57,063 nt of DNA, filler included, from Sphacelaria rigidula (GCA_964200075.2; 8 parts of 8 records of this genome joined end to end with filler, not necessarily neighbours in it); one strand, 5' to 3'; positions 12,464 through 23,900 are shown, counted from the whole stretch's first letter. Notes: generated by a model not told the origin, from the letters alone. Translations and numbers: made by a program.

Positions 12464-12960
12464 CAGAATGGTAGGTTTTGCTGCCCTCTGGGGAGAGGAC
12501 TTTCCCCCTATTCCCTTCAGAGGGCATCCACGGAGACCCTCTGGAGGAACAGCGAGCCTTCAGAATGGTAGGTTTCGCTGTCCTCTGGAGGGAGAACATC
12601 ACCCCTGTTCCCTTCAGAGGGCATCCACGGAGTCCCTCTGGAGGGACGACAAGCCTCCAGAATGGTAGGTTTTGCTGCCCTCTGGAGGGAGGGAGGGCAT
12701 CACTCCTGTTCCCTCCTGAGGGACTCCGTGGATGCCCCCTGGAGGGACGGTGAGACTCCAGAATGGTAGGTTTTGCTGACCTCTGGAGGGAGGACATTGC
12801 CCCTGCATGCTTCTTTCAGAGGGTATCCACGGAGTCACTCCGGAGGCACGGAGCGAAAAAGTCGAACCTCTAGCGGGTAGGTTGCGCTTTACTCTGGAGG
12901 GAAGGGGTCACATCCAGTTCCCTCCAGAGATACAGAAGAGACAGCCCTCTAGAAGGGAGG
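12464..12960 (+). repeat. ~97-110-bp minisatellite, 5 units, rich in CCCTCTGGAGGG quasi-palindromes
   Basis: Units begin CAGAATGGTAGGTTT at 12464, 12561, 12658 and 12759, with a degenerate fifth at ~12871. Confidence 0.9.
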
Positions 12961-13199
12961 GGTGGGGTGTACTCATGATCATGCATGCGATCGTCATAAG
13001 ACCATTGGGCGGGGGTGGACAATACTCTAGAGGCGAAAGGGGAGCCAAGACTCTAGCGAGATGTCGACCCCCTACATCCCGTAGGAGGGGGGGGACATCA
13101 GCAAACCCTCTACAGGGATTGAGGGCGCCCCAAAGAGGCCAATAGCGTGGTATTAGATCCTCTGTTCGGTTATTTGAGCCCCTGACACAACAGGGGGGG

Positions 13200-14192
13200 G
13201 CATGTCGATCTCAAGCATTTGTTTTTGTGACATTGAAGGTGGAGGATACGATCGATAGTGAGAAGCGGTCCATGAATGAATGATTCGTTTCAGTTCCGAA
13301 ATGTCCTTACACGAGGCTCGATACGCTTTCTGTAGTAGCTTGCCACTGAAGCGCTTGATACCTCTGAGTAGGATATCGACGTGTAGCTGGAAGCACACGA
13401 CAATGCTGCAAGCAAAGAAAAGCAAACACCGAATGAAGCATTGGTCAAGCTAAAGCGAATGATGAAACTCACTTTAGATCAACGATCTCTTAATCTCACG
13501 AGCACATAATCACTTTGTTGTCCACGGGCTGAATACTTGTGCACTAGTCCGTGGGCTCGAGAGCCCGCCTGTACAAGATGGAATGCGGCGCCATCCAACC
13601 ACAATTCAACGATTTGCTGTCTACGCAGAGAGAGAAGAAACATTCGTAACCTGAAGAACACAATAAAAACAAAAGACAACCCCCTGACGAAGACAACACC
13701 TTAAACAAGACAACTGCTACCGTGCAACCTTGACAGACAAGGAATGCACCCATAAGACCAGTGCCACTCATGAAATGACTCATTCGAGTAAATGCATTGC
13801 CCCTATCCCGAAAATAAATCAGACCGAAACCTGCTGACCATCGAAATGAGCTCAAGTCTCCAGGCCCTCATGTTGGTACGCGCGCATCAAAGTCTGCGCG
13901 GCATTGGAACTCCCGACACTGACTTTCGTCATGCCGGAATTGAGATGAAAAGCACATGCCAGTCATGCTGCCTCCACCGGTTGGACACCCATGAGGCAGT
14001 GTAAAAGCCATGGCTGTCTCTGGAGGTGGCGATACCACAGAATAAAGCAACTCAGGGTAGGCTGTCATCCAAATGCAAGATGATCAGTGGGCGTCGGGTC
14101 GAAAAATCTTAGCACGATGCAGCTCATCCTTTATGCGAGTCACCGAACACCCCACGGCGCTTCGCGCTTGGTGGTTTGAGTGCAAGCCTGGT
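13200..14192 (+). pseudogene. Possible decayed LTR-retrotransposon gag/protease fragment
   Basis: Stop-interrupted coding-like frame (FRNVLTRGSIRFL**LATEALDTSE*DIDV*LEAHDNAASKEKQTPNEALVKLKRMMKL), a Cys/His remnant near 13740-13810 and KAMAVSGGGDTT near 14005-14040. No diagnostic motif is intact. Confidence 0.3.
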
Positions 14193-14292
14193 NNNNNNNN
14201 NNNNNNNNNNNNNNNNNNNNNNNNNNNNNNNNNNNNTTAATTAATTAANNNNNNNNNNNNNNNNNNNNNNNNNNNNNNNNNNNNNNNNNNNN

Positions 14293-14401
14293 CTATCGTA
14301 CTTTTCTTCCATACAGCTTTATCAACTATAGCTGGCAATCTCTTTCTTAGCATGTTCTTTACGTCATACTGCCATCGCAATTTTCTCATGTCTCTGTTTA
14401 A
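14293..14401 (-). mobile_element. LINE fragment, same family as 7147-10534
   Basis: NRDMRKLRWQYDVKNMLRKRLPAIVDKAVWKK matches NRNMRKLRCQYSVKNMQRKK at 9637-9730. Confidence 0.85.
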
Positions 14402-14643
14402 GACACTCGCGGTGCGCTTGTATTTGGGTTGCAGCGGTGTCAAGCAGTATGAATGAGCGTTCTTTATCGGAAGCAAGCGCGTTTGAACAGTCGGTGCTGC
14501 TATCAACGACGATTTCAAGTATAATTTCGTGAAAGGAAACGGCTCAAAATACCCCCCCCCCCCTATCGTAGCATGATGCGAGGTCAATGGTCTGATGACT
14601 GTGGCATGCATGATCATGAGTACACCCTATCGTAGCATGACTC
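14402..14643 (+). mobile_element. Two adjacent partial GAG-TIR MITE ends (subfamilies II and III)
   Basis: 14402-14577 matches the internal sequence of 20670-20918. 14581-14643 (AGGTCAATGGTCTGATGAC...CCCTATCGTAGCATGACTC) matches 21440-21510 and the reverse complement of 12961-13007. Confidence 0.75.
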
Positions 14644-14729
14644 TGCCCGGCGCAGTCCTTCCCCCGCACTCCAAAAGGTCATGCATTGTTGATGGTATGA
14701 ATATCTCAAAGAAAACCCGTCAGCCGCAG

Positions 14730-15950
14730 TTATGGATGGCTCGTTCCGCCCCCGCTCCCGACCTCGTTCTCGGTTGCTGGTGTAATGAATCGACGTTCGA
14801 CAACTTCGCACGCAGCGAACACAAAGGGACGGCGCAATGATTTTCCGGACGTTATATTCCAACTTTCACCGTTTTTCACGCGAGGGAGGCAAGGAGACAG
14901 AGCAAGGTTTTTGCTGACGTAGGATTTCAATGTGAAGTTCAAGCGTAGCCAGTACAAGGACACGGAGCAGCGCCTTGTCCTTCTCAGATGATGGAATAAA
15001 GGCAAAGCGTCGTAATTTCCTCCTACATCGTCGCTTGGTCGACTGTACTCCCTTCTCTCAAGTCTCAAAGGACAGTCACGTGTACGCAGCCCACCATATG
15101 GTTCGAAACGAGTCACCGGCCCGCTAACGCTTAGCTCTGTGTCGCTACGCCGCCCTCGTTTTCCGGATCGCAACCCCGATACACGCAGTTTCGACACAGA
15201 CACCAAGTCTCTGTCTATCGTGGCCGCATTCTCCCGGAGCAACCTGGTGATATCAGCCCTCGCCCTCACTGCCTCAACTTACACACCCATCGCCGCTACG
15301 GGGGAACGTGATGAAAACGATGGATACGCGACCGACGGGCCTCCGCTTGTAGTTGCCGTCGCCGATCGCACAACAGCGACCGTGGCGATGCTGACTTGTC
15401 CCGCACCGCCGCTACCCGCCGCTCCCATCTTGGACAGTAGTGTCCGACGTTCAGTATGTCCTCGGGGAACCGAGGAAGACTCTCGAGCTCCAGGAGTTGC
15501 CAGAGCGCAAGCGGATGCGGGCGGTAATGAGGGTGGAGGGGAGAACGGAAATGATCCACTACCGCGAAATCAAAAGCGAACCGGATCGCCTGTCCCGCTC
15601 TCGACCAATACTCCGTCGTTACGACTGACACGTATGTGGCCGTGTGCGGAAACGGTCAGATGTCTGGAAGCGTCGGGTACATGTGCGATAACAGGGGTAG
15701 GCGATATTGGTTATGGTGATGGTGATGGTATGGGTTCGGGCGTGGAGAAGGACGCACCACTGTTTGTGGTTGGGACTGAGGAAGGGGCGATTAGGATCAT
15801 TCGCCCTGATTTACTCTGGAACACAGCACCACCATAGTATATCGTCATGGAAGAGAATATTCGGTTGGTTGAAAGTTCCAGGCAGCAGGCATATAGGCTG
15901 CCATGGCGGGGTTTGGGAAAAAGTGAGTTTTGATGCCATTTCAGGTGCTG
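14730..15950 (-). pseudogene. Possible decayed retroelement gag-like region
   Basis: Long minus-strand frame with few stops: Pro/Ser-rich start, then RARADITRLLRENAATIDRDL. No diagnostic motif. Confidence 0.25.
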
Positions 15951-15963
15951 AAAGATGGACGCG

Positions 15964-16220
15964 GAGCAATGCTACGGTAGGGGTTCACTTTTTGCGCGAA
16001 ATCTTGTTTGGTTCAGGGGTTCCCAACGATTCTAGACGCACAAGAACATGGGTCAGGGCATCCCCGTTTGCAAATTCATTCGGGATATCCCCAGCACATT
16101 GGAATGGTGATCCTGGCGTACTCTCACATGTTTTCATAAGTTGTGTTTTGGATGAGATGAAGGGCTCCTAACAATTCTAACCTTAGAAAATAACTGTGCA
16201 CCCCTACCGTAGCATTACTC
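15964..16220. mobile_element. GAG-TIR MITE, subfamily I (257 bp)
   Basis: TIRs GAGCAATGCTACGGTAGGGG / CCCCTACCGTAGCATTACTC, flanks CGCG/CTCG. The internal sequence is an inverted homolog of 18466-18721. Confidence 0.85.
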
Positions 16221-16719
16221 CTCGATTGACTTCGAGCCATGTCGTACGTATGCCCTCGAGATCGTCAAGATACTGCGAAGTGACGCAACGTGTGCTGACA
16301 AGTGGTGTTGATTTCAAATCCCCCTTCAACTCACGAAGAAGGATAGCAAGATTTTGCACGGGCAAGTTTCAAGGGCACTTAACTTTCCCTGTCTTTCCAT
16401 TGAAAAGAAATGTGGCGGCCATGGCCACGAGGGATTACGTTGAGGCACAAAGAGAATATCACATCTACGTGTGCCTACGCCCGCCCCCTTGGACCGTGTA
16501 CGTGTAGGGTGATGTTCCGGCTGAGGCATGTTACTGTCGTGCAGTGTCTGTGATACTGTGCGCGTGAAAATGAGCAACGAGAGCTGGGCGCGCACGAGAT
16601 AACGAACATCTTGGAAGGCATCGTCATGCGTACGCGCGCTATGCAAGCATCACGCCCGTACCGTACGATGGGGTGCAGCTAGTCTTGCATTATCATCCGA
16701 TCTCCGCCCGGGACACCAT

Positions 16720-16890
16720 ATCAACCCAGATTGATCTGATGACATCCCAGATGGATATTTCAGATGGAACTGATATCCCAGATCGATGTCTCAGGTAGAG
16801 CTAACACCTCAGATGGAGATCCTAGATGGAACCGATCCGATCCGAAATGGACATCCCAGATGGATATGATATTCCATGCAGATGGAGGTT
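16720..16890 (+). repeat. Degenerate short tandem repeats (ATCCCAGATGGA motif)
   Basis: CAGATGG(A/AT) and ATCCCAGAT motifs recur many times. Confidence 0.6.
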
Positions 16891-17385
16891 GCACGATAGT
16901 GCAGGCCTCCGCGGTGCGTCCCTGGGCGTTGCGCCCTGCACTGCTGTAGGTGCTTCAATCAGACGGTGAAAACGTCAATCGTTCCTACCCGGGGGGGCTC
17001 ACACACACCTCTTGCTCCACGTCATGGTCGAAAGTGCATGATGGTGTCTTCGAGTCCTACCTATTATCATGTTCCGCTGTTCGGATGTATGGATCTATCG
17101 GCTCCAGGCGCTTTATCTCGGTCGTCGTACGTTGCAGTTGAAAAACGGACGAGGCTTGAGACAACTATCGGAAACATTTGACTACAAAGCGGAGTAACGA
17201 ATGATACATTAACGAACGGCTCATGGTTCCGGTTCGTGTTTTAGCCACCGTCCACTGTTCGGGTATCTCAGCAGCCTTACGAGGTGAGGTAAAATGTTAT
17301 CCCGATACCCGATGATCCTCAACAGTACTATGCCATCATGCAACAGTCAATGAATCACACGCAATAGATTACGCATGCGGATATG

Positions 17386-17638
17386 ACGTTTGCCGAGTTG
17401 GTTAGCAGCACAGAGAGCTACTTTATTAGACTCCTGGTGATCATGCACTTGCCGTCGATTCCGAGGGGTTCAAACTAGCGTTGCACTTCGGGTTTACGGT
17501 GTTCTTCTGTTCTTTCTTTTTCTCAGAGCGTGTTTCAAATTCGTTTTTCTTGGGGACGTATGTCATGAGACCACGGCTGTACCCCTGGGGGGTCAGTTAA
17601 AGTGCGACAACCAATCAACCAACCAATCGACCAATCAG
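17386..17638 (+). mobile_element. tRNA-derived SINE-like element, family 2
   Basis: A-box-like TTGCCGAGTTGG, B-box-like GGTTCAAAC, 3' GACCACGG...CCTGGGG...AAAGTGCGACAA (shared with 21190-21240) and a (CAAT/CAAC)n tail. Confidence 0.55.
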
Positions 17639-18465
17639 TTACCGAAAGGGGTACACGTCGAGTTGGCTATGGATGAGTCAATATTTGTCCCTCAGGTGGG
17701 TGGAGCAGTTTCATATTTAAAAAAAGGAAACACTTTGGTTTGGTATCGTTCCCGACCGAAATGACGGGGGCTTACCGCTCATCGCATGCGTAAGGAGGCG
17801 TCACTCATGCCAAAGAGCCGTTTTTAATTTGAAAGGAACATAACATTCCGACCTGCCCGCAATAATCCCCTGGCATTATATCCGTAACAATGGCATTGTT
17901 TTAGACGAAGGCGACAGGTCACAAGACGAAGAGGGAAGTTCCTCGCCCATTCCTCATCATCCTGCAATTGTGCACTCATGCACCCCGAAGTGTGGGGCCG
18001 TGTTTTTGACCATCCAAACGCGGACATCCGAAATCGCGGGGGAGGGGTGTACTCGCGGGGGGAGGGGGGGGCAGAGACCCGTTGTGTGAAAGGTTGCCGG
18101 CCCAGCACCACCTTAAAACTCGCTCACTACCAACCAGCAACACTCACCGCGCTAAGAGCCTCTTACTCCACCAATGACCACACTCCACATATTTTGGCGT
18201 ATGCGTGTGTCTTCCATCTTTCCATTTTCCAATCCCAGCCACGTGAAATTTCCATCACCTCCGAAGGATGCTTCTCAAACGAAACAAATATCTACATCGT
18301 ATAGCCCGTACTAGATGGTTCAGGTTTCCTCTAATTCACCACCTACGAAGAACATATACATAGGTTTCCCACTCCCTCCAAGTGACTTGTATACAGGTAA
18401 GTTTCATTCCTCAGGCGACGCAAGGGATCGGGTGTTCCCCATCACCCCTTTCGCCATTTGCTTCC

Positions 18466-18721
18466 GAGTGGTACTACGGTAGGGGTGCACAAATATTTTA
18501 TGAGGTTCAAATTGTCGGGGGCCCTCTATCTCATCCAAGAGACGACTTATGAAATATGTGAAAGCGCACCACGATGAGCATTCCAGGGCGATGGGCCAAG
18601 AATACCCCGAACGATTTTCAAAGCGGAAACTTACCCGTATTCTTGCGTAGCTCCTAACTTTGGGAGACCCTGAATGAGAAGATTTGGGTCCGAATGTGCA
18701 ACCCCTACCATAGCATGACTC
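18466..18721. mobile_element. GAG-TIR MITE, subfamily I (256 bp), perfect 4-bp TSD TTCC
   Basis: TTCC|GAGTGGTACTACGGTAGGGG ... CCCCTACCATAGCATGACTC|TTCC. Confidence 0.9.
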
Positions 18722-18749
18722 TTCCGCGATTAAGCTCTTCCGCTAAGTA

Positions 18750-20660
18750 ATTTTGTCTTTCTACGAAGGATCCTCTTGTGTCCACTCCCGTCGGCAGATT
18801 CACGTTGCAATATCGTATCTACAGGGTTTTACATCAGCGCCTCCTCTCTTGATGCCTCTTCTCCTTCGACGATTCTGGTTTCAGATTTTGTCTACATTAT
18901 GTCCCCTTGAAAACTTCCTACAGCGAACAAAAAATGTCTAACTGGAGTGGCGTGAAGCTGTCACTAGCATCCTCTTCAGCCAGCCAGTATGATTCGCCCC
19001 CTTCTTGGAATCACTTTTATACTGCTACTTTTGGGTTCCGTCGCCATGCCTAACCACGCGGCGGTCCACAAGCGTAATCGATATCAAAGTCATTTGGATT
19101 ATCCCTTTAAGGCCAGATCCGATCTCCACGTTTTGTTTGTGTCTTCGTCCTCAACGCCGTGGCTCAAGGGTTCCAGCGAGACATGAAACTGCTTCATGTC
19201 TGCCGCCGATACAGTTCTTGTGCGCAACCTTCGCCGTTGATGCTGATTTAGGAGAGGAGTCCTGGCTGCACAACCTCTGCCACAATCCAAGGTATGGTCA
19301 AGTGCTCGTGAGTTTGCTTCGCGTGCACTCCCTCGCGACTTGAAGAGCTGTCGGCTTCTTCACCACCATCACATCCCCAACACTCGGCTGTGTTGCCACT
19401 TGTTAACGGACGATGTTGTTGCCGTTGTACGGTTCTCGACTTTTGTCCATGTCAATGCATTGTTCGTCGGGGGCTGTCCGTATCCCGACGAGCGTGTACT
19501 CTCCCCTACCACGACGGTCTCAAATCTACCCCAAACGCCACCGTCATCGACATCGGATATAATTACGCCCTACTGCCTGAAAGCGCCTCTGCCAAACAGC
19601 AGTCGGAACGGAGTCACCAGCGAAGGCAGGCGTAGGCCAGATATGCTGAATCCGGAAGGCGACCAGCACGTATTGGTCCCGTCTGAGTAGCCAACTCGTG
19701 CACAACTCGAAACGTTTCCATGGAGTCACCCCCCGATCCTCTCAACAGTCCCCTGGCTACCGGAGCCGTTGGCTCGCCTGTACCCTATCGTTAGCCCGAA
19801 ACATCGGCGAAGAAAGTTGACCACCTGGACAGTTGAATCATCTCTACTGTCGCCCCGAATCAATGACGACATCCCGAGCGTCAAACATTGCCCCCAACAA
19901 GTTTCGGGCCACTCTAAGGGTCTCTTTAGATGTGTGATGGTTCAAGAGACAACCAACTAGACTACTGACCAGTCAGCGCTGACTGATCAGTGGTCTAGTT
20001 TGTTGTCTCTTAAACCGTCACAAATGGCAGCAGATACACGAGGACGAACTTACGAAGAGATGTTTGCCAGCCCTGCCGACCAACGACAACGAGTATCTGT
20101 TCCCTGCGTTTGACTCCACCTCCAAGCCCTGGAAATAACCTTTCTGTCTTACACGGTGCCAGGAACTGCGGCGGCATCATGACAACGTGCTGACGTATCG
20201 AACATTTCTTCTTCGGAATGTACAAGATAGCACGTAGTACCGCGTCGGGTAAGGATTGATGAGACAGATTTCGAGCCAACGAGCACTGTACTCGTGGCAG
20301 TCTCTGGGTCCTCAAACACGCTGTATGCCAGTGACTCGAGGGGTTGCCAACGTAGGATTCTCCTGTGAGATATTTCCACAGAATATCGCCATCGTCTAGA
20401 ATACAGGCTTCCCTCCCTGTACCTTGCCTTCCACTTTTCATCAGGTCTGTGCGTATGCGGCCCAGTTCCGTTTCCTCAGCTCGACCACCTTTTCCATCAT
20501 GGGTAGCAGGACTCCCGATTTTCATCGCTTATCGCATCAACGGCTCTCCACTTGAAACCCAATAGGTCTCTACTTTCGAGCTCTACCGTTTCGACCGATC
20601 TCCTACTTTGGATCTCCTTTGACCCTTCGCTTCTCTCGTTTTGACTAGTGGTCTTGCGTA
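18750..20660 (-). pseudogene. Decayed LTR-retrotransposon pol (gypsy-type integrase region), interrupted by a palindromic MITE
   Basis: Frameshifted minus-strand remnants (ELGRIRTDL...CILDDGDILW...MMPPQFLAP), resembling the RNaseH-integrase linker of gypsy elements. Heavily degraded. Confidence 0.35.
19933..20022. mobile_element. 90-bp fully palindromic mini-element with TGT...ACA ends
   Basis: TGTGATGGTTCAAGAGACAACCAACTAGACTACTGACCAGTCAGC|GCTGACTGATCAGTGGTCTAGTTTGTTGTCTCTTAAACCGTCACA, flanks GATG/AATG. Second copy at 42874-42941. Confidence 0.85.
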
Positions 20661-20669
20661 GGTAGTTAT

Positions 20670-20918
20670 GAGCCATGCTACCATAGGGGGGAGGGTGTTC
20701 GATTCCACGGGAAAACGTGCTCATAGATGCGTCAAACGACCTGAAACACTCGCGGTGCGCTTGTATTTGGGTAAAAGCGGTGTAAAGCAGTATGATCGAG
20801 CTTCACTTGCCGGGAGCAAGTGCGTTCGAACAACTGTTGGCTGCTTTCAACGGCAATTGAAGTGGAATTTCGTGGAAGGAAACGGCCCAAACTACCCCCC
20901 CCTATCGTAGCATGACTC
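20670..20918 (+). mobile_element. GAG-TIR MITE, subfamily II (249 bp)
   Basis: GAGCCATGCTACCATAGGGG ... CCCCTATCGTAGCATGACTC, flanks TTAT/ATAT. Internal sequence shared with 14402-14577 and 52702-52975. Confidence 0.9.
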
Positions 20919-20935
20919 ATATGACGCGCTACGCC

Positions 20936-21243
20936 GCGCCCTGGTGGTGTAATGGTCCGACTGTCACCATCAGGGTGGAGAGAACGAGGGTTCGATTCCC
21001 GATGTGTTGGGTTTTTCTTGGTAATATCTGATTTCTACCATGGAAAGCGTGAGAACGTGAGCAAACAAAGTAGTCGGCTGAGTTTATTTGACGTGAGTTG
21101 ACGCGGTGCGGGAGTGCTGATAGTCATGATCCAATCCGCGAGACCAAAATGCAAGGCGTGTACCGGGGGAGAGATGGGTTAATCCCTTCGGACCACGGAC
21201 TCGTCCTGGGGAAGGGGAGAGGTTCAAAGTGCGACAAAAAAAA
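20936..21243 (+). mobile_element. tRNA-derived SINE-like element, family 3
   Basis: A box TGGTGTAATGG and B box GGTTCGATTCC, no intact cloverleaf. 3' end ...AAAGTGCGACAAAAAAAA resembles 17566-17610. Confidence 0.6.
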
Positions 21244-21257
21244 CGCCGCTTGTTCAA

Positions 21258-21338
21258 CCGTAAGTTCTCCCTACTGTCTAGTGCATCAAACGATTTCATG
21301 CCACCCTTGTTCACGTCTCGCATTTCCCCCTCTAGCAC
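21258..21338 (-). mobile_element. LINE 3' fragment, same family as 7147-10534
   Basis: EGEMRDVNKGGMKSFDALDSRE matches ETEMRDVNEGGMESFDALDSRG at 10174-10240. Confidence 0.85.
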
Positions 21339-21526
21339 NNNNNNNNNNNNNNNNNNNNNNNNNNNNNNNNNNNNNNNNNNNNTTAATTAATTAANNNNNN
21401 NNNNNNNNNNNNNNNNNNNNNNNNNNNNNNNNNNNNNNAAGGTCAATGGTCTGATGACTATGGCATGCATGATCATGAGTACCCCGCCCTCCCCTATCGT
21501 AGCTTCACTCGTATCAAGATCGTTTT

Positions 21527-21784
21527 TTGAGGATTCAACTCGATTCGGGGTATGGAAAGACGCTTCCCTTTGAGCCAAAGCGCCAACACCGCACAACGCC
21601 CATCTCTTCAAGACCATATCGAAAAAATTCAGCCCTTACCAAAGACGTGAACGCTACACTGGATGCATGCTTAGGAGCCGGCTTGATCCGACACTCCCCC
21701 CTTGGGCATTGCCCTCCGCCGTCAGTGGTCGTCCCTAAGGGAGATGTCAGCATACGAATCACGGTGAAACCTGTAGCCAAATGA
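21527..21784 (+). pseudogene. Ty3/gypsy reverse transcriptase N-terminal fragment
   Basis: PISSRPYR...VNATLDACLGAGLIRHS...PSVVVPKGDVSIRITV matches the canonical gypsy RT start. Confidence 0.75.
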
Positions 21785-23487
21785 CACCAAGCCGTAGGTT
21801 TCAGTATCATCGCATGCATGAATGGAGCAGTCGCAGGGGACAGGGCATCCTGGATTGATGACCCTCATCTGTGTTGCTCCTTGCTGTCCAGCTCTTGATG
21901 TGATCTGTTGAGGATCACTCTGTGATAATAACAAGTGAGAAGAAAGATCTTGTCGAGCACGAGGCCAGCGCTACTGGAGGAGTCCCTCGTGGATAGTCCT
22001 CTTGTCCAGATCGTCTGGCAGAGGCTATAATAAATAGATAATATTCTTCCGGTAGTCTGTCAGAGGAGTTTGGCTGAGGAGAAGTGGGCTGCATTTTAGA
22101 GCCAGTTTAGCCCACAGACAGGAGGAGACCAACTTGGAGCGCAAGGCAGAGGGGGACGCTCCGTGAGCTGGAGGACGCACAAGTCAGGCAAGAGTCTCTC
22201 CGTGAAGTGTCAACGGCTAAATCGCGTCACTGTTGTCGAGAATCTCCCAAACCCTCGTAACAATGGAGTCTTCGATTCAAGGTTCGTCTTTCGACCTGAT
22301 GAGTGGTACCATGATCACGACGACAGTGAGCGGTGAGCAATGGAGATAGGTATCAGCCCAACCCATCTCGCCAACACGCAGAATGACTCAGACGGCGAAG
22401 AGTCCATGAATTCCTCTATCGTGGGAGCACGACCGAACGAGACAGCTAGAAAGAGCGCATCGTCTAGCCTGGTTCGTCGGTGTCCTCGTCTAACAGTGCA
22501 TCAATTAGCGGCTTGCCAGCATCATCGGACTCTCCCTCTGCGTTGCCATCGAACAGCAGCTAGCGGGTCGTCAGGTTTAAGCGCGGGCAGCGACGTTATT
22601 CCGATACTGCGACGCCCCCTTCTCCGTCTCCATATGTCACGTCGCCCTCTGAAAGCAGTCTGGAAGGTGGGGCGGAAGAGAACGGAAATAAACTTTCTTC
22701 CGGCTCTGGGTTGCACTCAAGACCTACATCGAAACAAACACCCGTCGGTAGCTTGGACAGAGCGACAGCTGGTAGGAGGGAAAAGGGAAGTAAAGCAGGG
22801 AGGCGCCGTCCAACCATGCGAAACGTCGCGCGGGCGAGTCGGAAAAGGGGGACATAAATAATGGAGTTTTCGGACTCAGCCCCCCTCCGAGAATGAACAA
22901 GGAAAAGAAAAACAGTAGCCACATTGCGTTGAGAGGAGATATCAGCAGAGAATAAACTGTTGGTCGTTTTCCCAGGGATGCTGTCTGTCGCTGGGTCTGG
23001 TTGAACGTCGCCATCAACGGATGATGAGGCAAGCTTGGGTGACAGCAGCACCATACGCACAGAACCGAGAAATAAATAAAAAGAATAGGGGTACATAGTG
23101 AGAGCGATATCACATATTGCAGAGAAGCGTAGTCCGCAGGATTGGCCGGCGAAAAGACCAAGGACGAACGGAAGAGCGCTGATGAAGGATGGTGATCTCC
23201 AGAAATAGATGAGAAGTGAGGTCAAGTATGCCCGGAAATAGAACGGCAGCACACCGCCGTCTTGCAGTTTTCTGTGGTAAAACACTCTCTCTTGTCTCGC
23301 CCAATATGGCCTAGACCCTGCGTCACGCACACACACACAAACATATGGACGCACACTTTCCCCATCTACCTCCGACGAAAGAAGCACCGCCTATCCGTGT
23401 CACCTACTAACCGAATACTCCACTCTTGTCTAGTGAACAGCGCATTTACACATATTGCTTTACTGGTGAAGGGCAATCATCACTTCG

Positions 23488-23900
23488 TACATGCATTTCT
23501 GGGCGCTCGTCTTTTCCTCGCCTCGGACCGCGTTCGTGAAACGCTGTGTGCCGCTCACGGAGCGCGCGAAACGGCGCCCACAGGCTGACGGCATCGAATC
23601 GAATCGATGCACACAGCACGCGTCACACCTTGCAGCTCGAACGCGGTGCGTCGTGTGTGTCTCCACACACAGTGTACGGCGAGGAAAACCTGGACACATC
23701 GAATCGAATCGATGCACCCATAGCGCTTCGACCGAACATCTACCAATTCTCTCGAATCCTCGAAGCTCTCAAAACGCACGAACACGCTCAGACACGGCAC
23801 TCCCAAGATCAACTCGCACATGCATTTCTGGGCATTTGACTCCTCGCGTCGGGGCGCAACAATAGCCTCTGCGACACACTGTAATAGCCACTCTCAAAAC
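23488..23900 (+). repeat. Cluster of short direct repeats (transposon subterminal-like)
   Basis: ACATGCATTTCTGGGC twice (23490, 23818) and CATCGAATCGAATCGATGCAC twice (23592, 23697). Confidence 0.6.

Noticed and set aside
12464-12960. CRISPR-like array
   Set aside because: The inter-repeat segments are homologous to one another rather than unique spacers, there are no cas genes, and the context is eukaryotic.
20936-21010. Functional tRNA genes (also 6140-6215, 36265-36345, 42252-42325, 17386-17480)
   Set aside because: A and B boxes are present but acceptor and anticodon stems do not pair properly, and each continues into a repeated SINE body.
22596-23387. 263-aa minus-strand ORF
   Set aside because: Low-complexity composition (spans a CA microsatellite and purine-rich plus-strand tracts), with no domain or splice support.
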